DNA of 62,976 nucleotides, the filler included, from Folioceros fuciformis (taxonomy: Eukaryota): NCBI GenBank assembly GCA_049999805.1. It is 4 parts of 4 records of this genome, joined end to end, with 100 filler letters (N's around TTAATTAATTAA, not from the genome) between each part and the next. Parts side by side here need not be neighbours in the genome. Positions count along the whole stretch, not along the records: positions 23,202 to 45,567 come from JBNGIO010005469.1; 3 more parts are not named here. The stretch is one strand, 5' to 3'. Below are positions 26,676 to 40,289 of the stretch, in pieces. How positions within the stretch are numbered: position 1 is the stretch's first letter; the number at the start of each line of letters is the position of its first letter. The translations under genes were made by a program, and so were the position numbers. Below the pieces are notes generated by a model. The model was not told the DNA's origin. It did no database searches and was given only the letters and a program-made list of their open reading frames with translations.

Positions 26676-26837
26676 TAGGGGGCAGGGCACAATCTAGCGG
26701 GCTAAAGATATTAAGAAGAATTATTGTTCTAAGGGGCAGGGCACAATCTAGCGGGCTAAAGATATTAAGAAGAATTATTGTTCTAGGGGGCAGGGCACAA
26801 TCTAGCGGGCTAAAGATATTAAGAAGAATTATTGTTC
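26676..26837. repeat. Tandem repeat, 54-bp unit x3
   Basis: tagggggcagggcacaatctagcgggctaaagatattaagaagaattattgttc repeated three times. Confidence 0.9.
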
Positions 26838-27814
26838 CTTTGCAGCAATCTTGTAGGTGAGACTTCTATCCAGCAAGTGAACCATGCTAATGAGAATGGG
26901 TGGAAGTTGTGATGTTGTGCAAACTATGGGTTGATTGCTCCTAGGTCACCTTAGTTGCAAACTANNNNNNNNNNTGCAAACTATGGGTTGATTGCTCCTA
27001 GGTCACCTTAGTTGCAAACTATGGGTTGATTGCTCCTAGGTCACCTTAGTTGTCCAACTTTGTGTGTTTCGTGGCTTGTATGCCACTTTTTTTTTTCTTT
27101 TTTTTTTTGAATATAGACATGTTATGAATCCTTTCACTCTAGAGAAGGAAGTTGGGGCATCACCACCAAACACTACCATGTAACTCTTTGTGATTGATTT
27201 TGTGAAGGTCAAAGTGGCAATGAAATCCTTCTAAAACCCTGACAAAGAACGGTAAGACATTTTGCTTGCCATATCACACATACGGTTCAAACTATGTAGC
27301 GCGCAGGCGACACTGCCTCCATCAATATTATTTGAAAGTCCGGTATGCCCACGATAATAAGAATTCGTTGAACAAAACTCTGAATTAATAGAGGCATGGA
27401 TGAAACATTAGAGGACACCTGACGCCTCTCCCCCTATCCATGTCGGTCAACATGAAACAAATCAACCACCCATGCAGCTCCTGGATCCGTTCCCACGTGT
27501 GTGTATATTCGTCAATTTGAACCAGCGGTGCCTCCACATTTCGTGAAGAACCACAGGGGCGTGCCGATAGCCTACCGTGAGCCTGCGANNNNNNNNNNNN
27601 NNNNNNNNNNNNNNNNNNNNNNNNNNNNNNNNNNNNNNNNNNNNNNNNNNNNNNNNNNNNNNNNNNNNNNNNNNNNNNNNNNNNNNNNATCGATAGGTCA
27701 CAGGTTTCTCCTACGCACAACTCATTAGTTGCCTTTTTCTGCTGCGACAGGTTCAACAGAGCATGCGGGGAACGGATCGGCTGTGAACGTCTCCCTGCTC
27801 CGTAAAGTAATTGA

Positions 27815-30800
27815 TCAAACGGGCCCATCGGCACTAACACCATCCCACGGAGGCTTGTAAGTGGTCTGTCCCCGATTCAGACTGGTCACACTGAACGATG
27901 CTGAACAATGGCCCACTGTGACGCTGCCAGTTGGGTGATCATCTTCACAGACATCTGTCTCTTCTGACATAGCAGCTGACTGCATCTGCCATCGCTGCTG
28001 CCATTTGTGTTTGAGTCCCATGCAATTCCTCTCGCTTCTCATGTCACTTGCTTGCAAGTTCTGCTCAGCCTTCAAATCCACAAGTCTCTGCCGCTGAGCA
28101 TGGCCCAACGGAATTTCAGCTCCACACACTGGCTCATTCACACCCATATCACTTTGTTGTATAGTAGTTTGATTTCCAAGAGGGCTGTCTACATGTATCT
28201 CCGCATCGGCAGCATCTATTCCACAGACAACAGTTGCACTTGAGAATATCGAGCCTCCACAAATTGCTCCATCAGAAAACTGCTGTGTGGAAGGGGGTTG
28301 ATTTGATTGCTTCCATGCAACCTCACAGCTGCCACAATTCACCCAACACACAAGCTGTTCAATGGGCTGAAGATACTTACACCAGAGTAAGCACGCAAGA
28401 TGATGCTCACGTACCTTGTGTACCTTGTAAACCCATAATGTCCTGATTCAGTATGCATTCCAGTACAGGAATGCGTCATATGGCCTCCAAGTGACTCTCG
28501 GGTCCAAGATACTGTGACCTCGTTTCTCTTCTCACGTTCTTTCAAGCTGGTGCAACTTTGCTTGGACTTAGGTCGGACGACAGTAACATCAAGCACGGTG
28601 TCAGACAACTCTGCCCTGCTACTGTACCCTGAGACCAAACCCTGATATTCACCTTGGTCAACAATATCAGATCCCCAGAAAGCTGTAGAATCTGAACATT
28701 GTGGGTGTCTCCCTGGAGAAGCATGATCACCAAGCACTTTGCAACTTGACAACTGGACACCTTTCACTTGCTTATCCCTTTCTTCTGGAAATCCTTGCCC
28801 GCTTCTGATGCATATCAGCATAGCAGCTACCTCCTCCTCACTGCTGCTATCAATTCCGACAGGAGAAGCACTCTCCATGAGGAGTCCTAAAGGCTCCATG
28901 CTCATGCAAGTGCGTGGCCTTCGAGACGTCCTCTGCTTCTTGAACGGAACAGTCGGCAAGTCTACACTTCTGTGCATCTTCTGGGTGTGCTCTTTATGTC
29001 TTTTTGTTGAACTCATACCTTCCTTTGTACCACTATCAGTACAGTTGTAAAACTCGTCCTGGAAAAGGGCCTGCGGGAACTGGATCATTGATTTGCTCAT
29101 TCTGAACCCCACAAAATAGATGAGGCAGTATGAGAACTGATTTCAACATAAACCAGGTGACAACAGTACCAAACCAATGACGGTCCAACAAAAATCAAGG
29201 AGTGTGACACTTTGTTCTTCAAGGCCTGAGTACAAGTTAGCAGCAATGGCAATCCAGACTCACCTGATTCCTAGTTTAACATCATCTGCACTAGGTGAAC
29301 GTTGCTTCTGCTTCGCAATGTTGACTTCCTGTGATCAACGTACATCCTATAAAAATGCAAGGAATAGAACTTCTGATATTCAGTTTTCTAAGCGTGGTGA
29401 AGGTGTATCAGGAATCCGAGCTTACCTTGAACAATGCAGAGATGTGATCCTTAAGCTTCAATGCCATATGAAACATCTCAGAACCTTGTCTATTGTAGAC
29501 CTGCAACAGTCCAATGGCCACAATCAGCCTCCAGAACGCCCAGTAGGTTGTGAAAGGGAGGTTTCCCTGGCAAAGCCACACAGGTTTGCAAGCCCCACAA
29601 CTAGGTTCCCCCGTGACAAATGGAAAAAGGCCCCTCTAAGACTCAGCATTTTGAGCATGTTGACATGCCCACGGGTCCACACGGACCCTAAAAACAGGGA
29701 AAAAAAAGGGATAAGAAAAGGAAAGAAACCAGCAGCAAATGTGCCGTTCAACGATGCCCAATGGACAAAGAGGGCATTAGGACAGAAGTTGCTGTTTTCC
29801 ATGTCCATAGAAAGCACATGAAGCCGCTCAAGGGTATGCTGGGCAAACACAAAGCTGTCCAGAATCCCCAAAAGCACCAGGGGCACAGCAGATGCCACAA
29901 ACTATTGGTCAAGCCGGCAGGCAGAGCACTACCTCTGTAGTCCTGAAACATGTCAGGATTCAGATGCCTACTTGCGACCAGCAATGTGGTCAATGAAAGC
30001 CATGTTTGCTGGTACAAGAAGCAGATACAGACATCCAGCCTAGCGAAACAAAATAATCTCATTGTCTCCCTCCCTCTCACCTCTTTCTGCAATAAGAGAG
30101 GAAAAATCCATGCTTTCCTGCGTAGCATTACAACCACGATAGCTCAAGCTCCACAAGCTGGCGTCGATAGCAGAACAAGACTTCATCGTACTACCTTCGA
30201 GATAAATTTGCTTGTAAAAGTCAAAATTTACTTGACACAGAAGTGAGAACGGAAGTTGGCCAAAGACAGGAAAACAAAACACTTACTATAGCATTTGCCA
30301 GCATCAGCATCAGATCCCGATGCAGCTCTGTTATGCTGTACGCCAACCCATTCTGTAATGACACCCAAAAAAGAACAATCAAGATGCAGCCGTGATCGAT
30401 GTGGCTCCATCAAAATGCATATAGACATTGTGCTCCTGACCTCAAGACGGCGCCGGATGGTACTTAAATCCATTCTCTGGCGCACAATTCCATCATACTC
30501 CTCCAGGAGAGCTACTGGCCTGCAGACAGTACAACAAACAGTTGACGCTCATCCCAAGATGAAACAACTATGGCATCATAGCCGCAACTAAAATAGACTT
30601 TAGTCACAGATCACGACACTCTTGGGCATGTCGTTGCAGGCCACCAGGAATACAACAACCGCGATGAGAGCAGACCTTCTAAATGATGCAGCATACTTAG
30701 AGGCTGACACTGCTTTCCAAAGGTCTAGCAAGGGATCAGCTTGCGCCCACCTTCGCCTCCTAGCGTCTGGATGTCTGCAAATAAGATACCATGCAAAACG

Positions 30801-31878
30801 TTGCCAATTTTGTTAGAACGACATTCTGACTGACAGTCCACACCTACGTAGCCCAAGCGTACAGCTTCGAGGAGCATGCAGCCCTTTGAGAGCAGCATTT
30901 CTAGCGACCCCCAAGAAAAATCTGCCTCTAGTAGACTCCGGAGGAATGAGAGAGAATCAACGTGAACTACGTTCGCGTAAATGTCCTGGGGGGGCAATCG
31001 TCACCCTGCTCAGTAGATAGAAGAGCATGCAACGGAGATGAGGGGAGGAACATTGGAATGTGTGGGAAGGGAGCAGAGCCAGTAGTGTCCTGGAGAGATA
31101 CCAGAAGAATTTGTACCTCGTTTCGCTCTTCCACTTGTGCTTCTCCATCGAAGGAGGTTTGTCACAGAGACGAGTGCCGGCAGTTCCACCTGATTCCGGA
31201 ACGAAGGTGGCCGCTTCACAGGCGTCACACGTTTCAAGTGCAGACTGCTGACCATTGTCTCCTGACAGAGACTCGTCAAAATCAGCTGCCTTCACCCGTT
31301 TCCGTCGACCGATTCCGTACTGCGAGGTGCCGTCGTCAAGAGATGCTGTGTAACAATCCTGCGTCAGAATCTTAATGTTTACCCCTTGGACGTCAATGTC
31401 GTTGATTGGTTTGAGAGCAAGCTTAGAGTGGGTGTGGCCGAGGTCGGCGACAGCCTCAGCGACCATAAGGCCCTGTTCTCGGCGACGTGAAACAGGAAGC
31501 ACTGCAACAGATGGTACCCAGAGGACAATACCTGAGTTCCTACACGGCTGAAATCAAGAAGGAAAGCGACGGTGGCAAGGAGTGTGATCCAGAGGGTCTC
31601 AACATACATTGGTCGAAGGTGCTACGGTGAAACATACATTCCTTGAACTTGTTGGAATTGCCACTGTCTGGTGGCACAGGCGACTCCTCGTTTCCACTAC
31701 AATTGTGCTCGCCGTGGTTTCCACCGGCCTTGCACTTGGCAGAAGCAGTAGAAGCCATGTATACTAGAGAAAATTTATCTTGTGGCATTGGCTGCACGGA
31801 TCCTCCGGCGCGGTGAAGCGCAACTGCTACAGAAGGTCCCATGTCAATTTCGGTCATTGGCGTTGAAGCCACACACAA
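27815..31878 (-). CDS. Multi-exon bromodomain-containing protein; gene ends uncertain
   Basis: Spliced exons 30774-30676, 30519-30441, 30352-30287 and 29500-29426 give LLDLWKAVSASKYAASFRR-PVALLEEYDGIVRQRMDLSTIRRRLE-NGLAYSITELHRDLMLMLANAI-VYNRQGSEMFHMALKLKDHISALFK, a complete bromodomain with conserved Y and N. Long low-complexity exons flank it. Confidence 0.8.
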
Positions 31879-33310
31879 GGGAGAGACAAGTCCTGCGCGG
31901 CATGAGAAGAAAGCGTTGTTTTTGCAAGAGTGTATTATGGTCCAGGACGAGCAGAATTGGTAGAGCTAGCTGTGGCGGAGCACACTGTTGGTTCAACACA
32001 TGGCAGGGATGGTACAGGGCTACCTTAGCGGAAGGCGGTTTGAGCAGTGGTCATCCAAGGGCCACCAGCGTCTCCATGGGGCAGGCTGGTTCAGGACCCA
32101 AGGTATGACACAAGCAAGGGAGAGCATGGGAGAGGGACGCGCCGGTGGCCTCACTCACACATGCAAAGGCGGCCTAGGCAGGGCCTGGGCGTACGCACGG
32201 CAAGGCAAGGGCTTGACGCGAGTCAGAGAATGGTGACGTTACCCGCCTGGATTGCAAACACCTGTTCCAGAGAGGAGGCTGTGCAAGACTCCCGACCGGA
32301 AGGAGAAGCCATGGATTTCCCGCTGCGGCCGCCTGCAGGACGTTGGCGCAGGTAACCAAGATTCCAAGAGGGAGCGGGACAAGAAGGGCATCCGATGGTG
32401 TGGGAAAGGCGCGTGAGCTCCCGGAGCAGGGCCGCAGCGCCAGCGTACCGCAGAAGCAAGAAACACAGGAGGAGACGGGCTGCTGCAGCCCGAGGTCGAG
32501 GGCGAGGGCGAGGCTAGAGCGACCAAGGACAGGGCAAGGGCAAGGCCAGACGCGAGGCAAGGCAAGGCAAGGCAGAGAAGGGCAGGGCAAGGCAGGTAAA
32601 GCAGGCAGAGGGGAGGACGACATGGATCCTGTGCTACGGCCCTGTCTATGGGCAGGCCAACTTGAAGCAGGCAGACGGGCAACCGCGACGGGGAGGCCGT
32701 CGGAACGGGACGGCCCGGCGAAATCCAGGCCACACTTATCATCCACATATACATAAGTTGGTTACCTGTGTATATCGCTACATGGTATTTCACCCCCCAA
32801 GAATGGCCTTTTATTTTTTTCAAACATCGTATAATACCTTTTCCAATCTTTTACAATCTTTTGAATCTTAATTTTTTATATACGTTTTAATTAAAATTTC
32901 CTTTTATATTATATTATATAAATATATTATATATATGTATAGTTTATCCATGATATAGGTTAATATTTTAATTTATCATAATAAAATATTGCTTGTATGC
33001 ACAATAGCTTGATTGTACTAGATGGCTCATAGAAAGATAGGCATGTACTACGCCATGCCACAGTCATGGGAAACCCTGCAGGCGGGCTGCTTTGTTCATC
33101 GTCAGCGTTGATACCTTTGTCCCGAAGTGGGTTGATGTCGATCGTGCCACCTGAATATCGGCCCTTCTAGTCAGCATGGCTGTTTGGTTGCACAGCTTGG
33201 TTGCCTAAGTTCTCAAGACTGGCCCTTCGGTAAGATTTCGTTGAAGTTGCCACAGCTGCTGACATCCATCGCAAGAACTTGTATATCAGGGCCGGTCCAG
33301 CAGGTAGGTA

Positions 33311-35760
33311 ATGCAAACAAGCATGGTCTACGGGATCCATGGCTGCCTGGACCGTGGCAACTGGCTGGCAGCAGGACCAGTTGTGGGGACGGGTTTCTTG
33401 GACCCAACAACAAAGTGGTGGTCTTGGGCTGACAGGGGTTGTTGTTGGAAGAGCTCCTGCTCACCTGAGTTTCAGGAACCAACGAATGGCAAGCTTGCAA
33501 GCCGCTGCCACCAGATGCAGCAGTATCTTGCCAGCAAAGGCAGCCCGTCCTGGGAAGGATACTGTTTCACTGCTGCCTGTGAAAGAGGAAAGGGGTGCAA
33601 CTGCTGAAACCGTGAGGAAGCTATGCATGGAGGGTCATCCAAAGGGAGGCTGTTGAGAGTTTGGGGGTCTTGGTGGAGACGGACTGCTGTGTTTCCAGGT
33701 CTCTCTGTTATACGGTGCTCAGGCAATGTGTGGTGGAGAGGAATCTGGTATTGGGGCGGCGCGTACATGCTTTCAGTGTGAGAAACGGGTATCGGTCGGA
33801 TACTTTCCTGTGCAACCACATCCTGCGGATGTATGGTTCTCATGGCAGGTTGCAAGACGCGATGGATGTGTTCACCGATGTTGCCAGACCAGATGCCTTC
33901 ATGTGGTCTTCCCTGATATCTGCGCATGTCAAAGAGGGACCGGGCAAGGAGGCCCTGGAGCTGTATCATCGGATGCGCAGGTTAGGTGTTAAGCCGAATG
34001 GCCATGTGTTTGTGACAGCCCTACAGGCCTGCGCAAAGGGAGGAGACCTGGTGACTGGGCAGGAGCTGCATGCTCACTTGTTGGCTGCTGGCGTTGAGCC
34101 TGATTTGTTCGTTTGCAGCTCCTTGGTGGACATGTACGCGAAGTGTGGCAGCCTGGAAGATGCTCACAGAGTGTTTGACGGACTCCGTCACAAGAATGTG
34201 GTAACGTGGACTGCTTTGATTGCAGGATACTCCCAGCAGGGCATGGGGCAAGAAGCACTTTAGCTTTACAGAGATATGCAAGCAGAGGGTGTTGCCATAC
34301 CCAATTCCGTGACCTTCTTGTGCCTCTTGCAAGCCTGTGCAAGTGTGGGCGCTCCAGGTTTGGAGATGGGGAAGCAGCTTCACGCACAGATCAGAGAACA
34401 AGGACATCAAGCTGATGCCTTTGTAGCCAACAGTTTGGTGAACATGTACGCCAAGTGTGGCAGTTTGGAAAATGCTCAGAAAGTGTTTGACGGGCTTGCT
34501 CGAAAAGATGTGGCCACGTGGAATGCCATGGTTGCAGGATATTCTCAGCAGGACATGGGGCAGGAAGCCCTTCGAGTGTATGACACCATGCAACAAGAAG
34601 GCGCAGTTGCCCCAGACTCCGTGACCTTTGTGTGTCTCCTTCAGGCATGTGCAGGGCTGGGCACCACAGCTCTTGAGGCGGGGAAGCAGCTTCATGCGCA
34701 GATCAGAGATGGGGGACATGAGGCTGATATGTTTGTTACAAACAGTTTGGTGAAAATGTATGCCAAGTGTGGCAGTTTAGCCGACGCGGAGATAGTGTTT
34801 GATGGTCCTGGTCGGAAGGACTTGGTCACGTGGAATGCCATGATTGCAGCGTATTCTCAGCAGGGCATGGTAGTACCAGATTCCGTCACATTTGTTTGCC
34901 TCCTGCAGGCATGTGCAAGTGTGGGCCCCTTGGCTTTGGAGAAGGGGAAGCAGCTACATTTGCAGATTCGTGAAAGAGGACATGAAGCTGATGCGTTTGT
35001 AGCTAGCAGCTTGTTAAAGATGTATACCAAGTGTGGTTGCTTGGAATCTGCTCGGAAAGTGTTTGACGGGCTTAATCATAAAGATGTAGTGACTTGGACT
35101 GCCTTGATCGCAGGGTGTTCCCATCAGGGAATAGGCCAGGAAGCTCTCGGGCTGTATGGCGCGATGAAAGACCAAGGCATGGCTTTACCCGATTCTGTGA
35201 CGTTTGTGTGCCTTCTTCAAGCATGTGCCAGGGTGGGCAGCTCGGCTCTGGCACAGGGCAAAGAGCTTCATGCGGAAGTGAGAGAGCTGGGATATCAAGC
35301 CGATGTACTTGTAGCCAACAGTCTGGTGAACATGTATGCTAAGTGCGACAGTTTGGAAGATGCTCAGAGAGTGTTTGATGGACTAGGTGACAACTATGTG
35401 GTGACGTGGAATGCAATTTTAGCAGGATATTCCCAGCAAGGCATGGGCCTGGAAGTTCTTCGTCTCTACAGTGCTAGGCAAGAAGGCGGACGGGCTGTAC
35501 CCAATTCTGTAACATTTGTCTGCCTCCCTTTCTCCAAAGCTGGGGTACCTACGCTTGCACATCTCCTTTATCCTAGATAAAGGAGATCTTGCAGCACATG
35601 CTTTGATGTGGAATATATACAATGGTGCTCAAATGTGGGAGGAAGCACAGTTGCTTCTGGCAAGGAGGAGGAAAATGAAGATATTGAAGCAACCAGGTCA
35701 GAGCACGGTGGACAGACACGGATGGAGTGGTCCATAGTTTTACAGTCGGGGAAAGAACTG
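33311..35760 (+). pseudogene. Disrupted PLS-class PPR gene ending in an E domain with a WW-like PG box; no DYW domain
   Basis: Repeated SLVNMYAKCGSLEDA..VFD / VVTWNA..AGYSQQG / PDSVTFVCLLQACA motifs; frameshift at ~33645; in-frame TAG 34261-34263; internal deletion at ~34869; break at ~35526; KQPGQST-(frameshift)-WTDTDGVVHSFTVGE at 35687-35753. Confidence 0.88.
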
Positions 35761-36292
35761 TAGAACTGTCAAACATGGATGTCAGAAGCTGAGAAGGATG
35801 TACTATCGGCCTTGTGTATTAGCTGTCTTAAAGAATTTTGCAGACGAAATTTTACTCAGATCAGAGGTTGTTATCAGAGCAGCTCGACAGTCCAAATCAC
35901 ATATTTTGTTCGCTGTGCTGAGCTGCTTTGATAACAGCTGCTACACAGTGCTTCTTTCGACTCGAGGGTAGGAAAACCGGCAGGAGTGCTCACAGCTCGC
36001 ATCCAGCTGCCTCCGCTCCAAAAAGCTTCTTCGTTCTGCGTCTAGGGTTTTCTGCCTTAATTGCTGCTCTGGAAGAAGCTCAGTGACCACCCACTTACTG
36101 CTACGGGGACTCTTGAGAACTCGCGAAATCCACGTGAGAAACTCGCCAAATCCACTCATCAGTTCACCACAGCTACTTTGATCATACGCAGTCAACGCAT
36201 TCTGGCCCACAATAACATAGCACGAGGCTGGCTAGGACCTGAGTGACTCAGGTCCTGGCCTGTTTAGAAAGACTCGGGTCCTGCGTCTTTCT

Positions 36293-36612
36293 GAACACCA
36301 TTCCCCTGCCATATGCTGACGTAGTTTTTGACTTTGCAAATGCGTGGCAGTTTGGCAGTGGCTCCCCAGTGGGCGTTGTGGGACCCGTTGCCTTTCACTT
36401 CCCCAGGCTTTCCCTGACCCTGTAGTAGGCTACAAAGCTGCTGCTCCATCACACTAGTCTCCTTTTGCAAGAAAATAATGTTCACATATAGCTTCTACAC
36501 TTTGGTCTGAGTTTACATTGCTGTTGTGTGAGCAGTTCTAAACATGGTCTCTGCTAAGCCCACACGTGTTGTTTGGTCAGAGGATGCATTTGATTGCAGT
36601 TTTGTGACCAAG
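36293..36612. repeat. Dispersed repeat, diverged copy of 25815-26115
   Basis: Colinear similarity blocks as listed for 25815-26115. Confidence 0.8.
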
Positions 36613-37299
36613 TCCATCCCTTATTTAGAAATTGAAAATTTAAGAAACTTGAAGAAATATACAAATATTATTAAAAAAATAAACAATCTATACAAAGTAC
36701 CATCAAATGGGGCGATTATGGGCACTCACAATCACCTTAGGCAATGTCCTTTCAAGGGGCTATCAAATTGCATGGCTAGCTTTTGGAAGGGCTAGGCCAC
36801 TAGCCCCATATCTCCCATAAGTGATAGCAAGCGTACAAAGCAAGTGGTCTTAAGGAGTTGCTACATGATCAAGGAGGACACACAAGGTGAGAAAAATGAG
36901 GTAGCAAAGATAGATGCACTATCCTCACCAAGAAGATGTAGCAAGAGTAGATAATTAGAAGGACCTTTTGACTTGTGTCAATTGAAGGGCTCTTAGCACA
37001 TTTGCACTACCTCGACCCACTCACCCTTTTGCACATCCTTCATACATAAGGTAATGGGTTCATGCTAATAGTAAAGATTGATAGGAAGATGTGGTTGTGT
37101 TGACATATCAACTGGCATGGCATGAGGCTCAGCTCTCTTCACATTTGAATTGGAATTTCAGCTATTAAGGTGGTTTTGGAAACAATTTGTCACACATTGA
37201 CTCAATGCTCGTTGCTTAACCTTATCCCATGTGTTATGCACTATTTTTTGCAATATCAAATTCAGTCACTAGATGTGAAGAGAAGATGGAATTGCACCT

Positions 37300-37868
37300 C
37301 ACCGTCGTCTCTACTAACCTCTTGAAAGAACACTTTTGCATAGCATTCTACTAACAGCTTCAAAGAACGCTTTGCAGGTCCTTTCTGGGTGTTGAAACGC
37401 ATCAACAAGGTCACGTACCAGCTTGAACTGCCCGCCGACTGGCGCCTCTGCTGAACATTCCATGTGTCCCTGTTGAAACCAGTGATCCACCGCCGTGCTA
37501 AACTTCCCTCATTGCCGACACCAACTGAGTCTGTGCTAGCAACCAGCCAACCCTTAGTCACCCATTCTAGGACACAGACTCCCATTCCCTCTCCGGAGGC
37601 CAGCCACAGTCTTCCCTCTGAACCCCTCCCGACGGTATCACCAATTCCCCACCAACCGACCCGCATCCTCCAACGTCGAGACCGGCACCTCCGGCACCTC
37701 CGGCACCTCCGGCACCGACACATCCGTGACTTCCTGGTTGCGTGGGAGGGCGAGCCCGATTCAGCGGCAACATGGGAACCCGAGGATTTCTATCTACAAT
37801 TCCCCCGTCTGCGCGAGCAGATTCCAAATGGCCAGGAGGACCCGGCCCCAACAAGTGGGGGAGAATGA
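37300..37868 (+). mobile_element. Ty3/gypsy chromovirus remnant: integrase C-terminus with GPY/F motif and chromodomain, then PPT
   Basis: [30 protein letters not shown]; chromodomain RILQRR..FLVAWEGEPDSAATWEP; PPT aagtggggggagaa-like run followed by TG at 37866. Faint RNase H-like traces at ~36990-37200. Confidence 0.85.
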
Positions 37869-38205
37869 AACGTGACGACGAGCAGGCCACTCAAGTCATC
37901 CGCCGAGGAACCGAAGCTACCACGAAACAGGTAGCAGGAACCCTACGAAACACTCATGGTTTTAGCGAATACCCAGCTGATACAAAATAATTAAACAAAT
38001 ACTAATTAAATAGATAAATGCCAGTATATAGGATATCCGGATAACTAAAAATTGTTATACCAGTAGAATCCCAAGAAGTAGGGTAGTTAGGCGGGCAGGC
38101 ACAGCCTTCTTGGCACTGCTCGCACACATGTATTTGTAGCGAATCCAAACATGAAGAGAATGTCCATTTTCCCAAAGCCGGAATCCAGAGCTGCTCCGTA
38201 ACACA

Positions 38206-40161
38206 AGTCGTTGTTTTGTAAGGCTCCTATAGCAAGGAGTTCCCTTTGCGGGGTTTCAATGATGCAGTGACCATCCCCGAAGCATACGTAACAACCTGAT
38301 TCATCTACCTTTCTAACTAAGAAGAGGTTCTTTGTAAGCCCTGGTACATGAAGAACGCCTGATATGTGCAAGGTAGATGTTGTTTTAAGGTTAATTTTGA
38401 GGGACCCATGACCCTGTATTTTGTGTCTAGAGTCATCTCCTAGACTAACATACTGAGGTGGCTGTGTAGGGTTGATCTCTGTGAAGTATTCTAGGTTTTG
38501 TGTCATGTGTTGGGAGGCACCCAAGTCAATGTACCATGTGTGATGTCCCCGAGCTGCAAGGCAGGATGCCACATAAGCTGTTGGATTAGAGGAACTTGGT
38601 TGATCTAGCTAATCTTGGGAAAATTGAGGTGTGTGTGTTAAATATGCTCTTGTATGTCTTTCCATTGTGAGGGCGAGTTGTCCTATCTGCTCACGTCAAC
38701 GTTGTGGGTTGTTTGCAGCTTGTCATTTCCGACATTCCTCATAGGTATGTCCTGGAATTTTACAGTACCCGCAGACGGGTTTCCAAGGGGGATTTTAGTA
38801 ACCTCTTCCTCTACTATGGTAAGTACCCTGATAATTGCCTGGTCCACAGGGATGTGGTTGTCCTCGCATGCCACCGCCCCTACCCCTGAATCTTTTGCCT
38901 GTAAAATAGGCGTTGGAGGAAGATTCTCTAGCATAAAAAGTGTTGGATAATTTGCGTCTTGCTTCTTCTTTTAGCATAGAGCTAATAACTTTGTTGACTA
39001 TCAGGGGAGTTACTCCTTGAAGGGACTACACAACAGTAACCTAGGACTTGGGCAGCGCGGAAAGGAGTAGGGCTGCAGAAAGATCTTTGGTAAGGGCGAA
39101 TCCAGTGGCCTTGAATTTTGTTGACCAGCTACGGAAGTGCATAGTATGTTGGTCGACGAGATCTCCCTCTTGCGTGCGCAGGCCGAAGAAGTGTGTACGG
39201 TGTGCATAATATTATATCGTGCAATTGCTGCTAGGCAGCTGCTGCAGTGTTTGTGTTTTTGATTTGTTGGACATTCCCATGACGCATAGCCTGGATGATC
39301 ACGTTGTGTGCTTGTTGATTGGCGTCTTCCCAGTCCTCCTTTTCTTTTGCTGTTCCGTTGGTTGGGTAGGCTATGGGAACAGGGGGGTTGCCTATGCCTT
39401 CTACGTAGCCCCATAATTTTCTCTCCTTTAGGATATTTTTATCCTAAATTTCCATGTTGGAAAGTTTTGCTACTGACCATCGAACTTGTCTTCTTTGGAC
39501 AGGCTGGTGTGGGAGGACATGGTGTTGGTGGCGTTCTAAACGCTGAAGACAATGTTTCTAATTATACTAGATGCATCTAACTGCATGGTGAGGACAAATC
39601 TGTAAGTTTGTTGAGGGAATTTTATGTGGGAATGTGATTCGTCTAGACTGTTGATTTTCTGTATTATTGAGGTTTGTGTTTCTTGAATTTCCTTCGCAGA
39701 TGGGAGCATGAAGAGGTTGTGCTGTCTACATAGAGAACTGAGGTGAGAGATTACTTTCTCCTTGACATCTGTGAGTGAGATGGGAGCGATGATGTCTAGA
39801 CATGTGGTAAATTCCCTTTTCATTGTTGATGGAAGAGGTATTCTACTTGGATGTATGAGAAGTCATAATCATTATGTTCTAGGTGACCTCTGAGGAGTAG
39901 TTCTTTGCCAATTAAAAAGTAGGACACCGCAGGTCCTGAACCAGCCATAATGACAAAGGTTTTCCTGTGCCTCTTTGAGGTATCGAATCTCTCTGTTGGA
40001 CCTTTGCCATTGAAGGTATTTGGCTTTTTTTTTTCTGCCTTCTTTGCAAGGCGCCTTAGCCTCTGATCACCATGCACTAGGTCGCAATTGGCGGGGCATT
40101 ATGGTGTGGCTGGTATGGATGAGATCAATGACCAGAGGGAAGGGATCCTGCTATGATACCA
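38206..40161 (-). mobile_element. Truncated Ty1/copia element (copia-C): PBS, leader ORFs, decayed gag and protease
   Basis: PBS complement ctatgatacca 40151-40161 next to an LTR end; gag starts at ATG 39520 (MSSHTSLSKEDKFDG..WKFRI..LWGYVEG); knuckle CGYCKIPGHTYEEC; protease WYIDLGASQHM and VLHVPGLTKNL. Sequence stops matching at ~38206. Confidence 0.85.
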
Positions 40162-40289
40162 TGTAATTATCAGGATTAGATTTGCATTGAAACGTGATCG
40201 TTAAGTACAAAGGTGAAACGCTGCGAGCGTACTCGTAACTGTTCGTCAAGTTCGACTTTTGGTATCTAGTCTGTAGACCGAAACGTGCC

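Noticed and set aside
26676-26837. CRISPR-like appearance of the tandem arrays here and at 60706-61349
   Set aside because: Units are contiguous with no unique spacers, there are no cas genes, and the context is eukaryotic.
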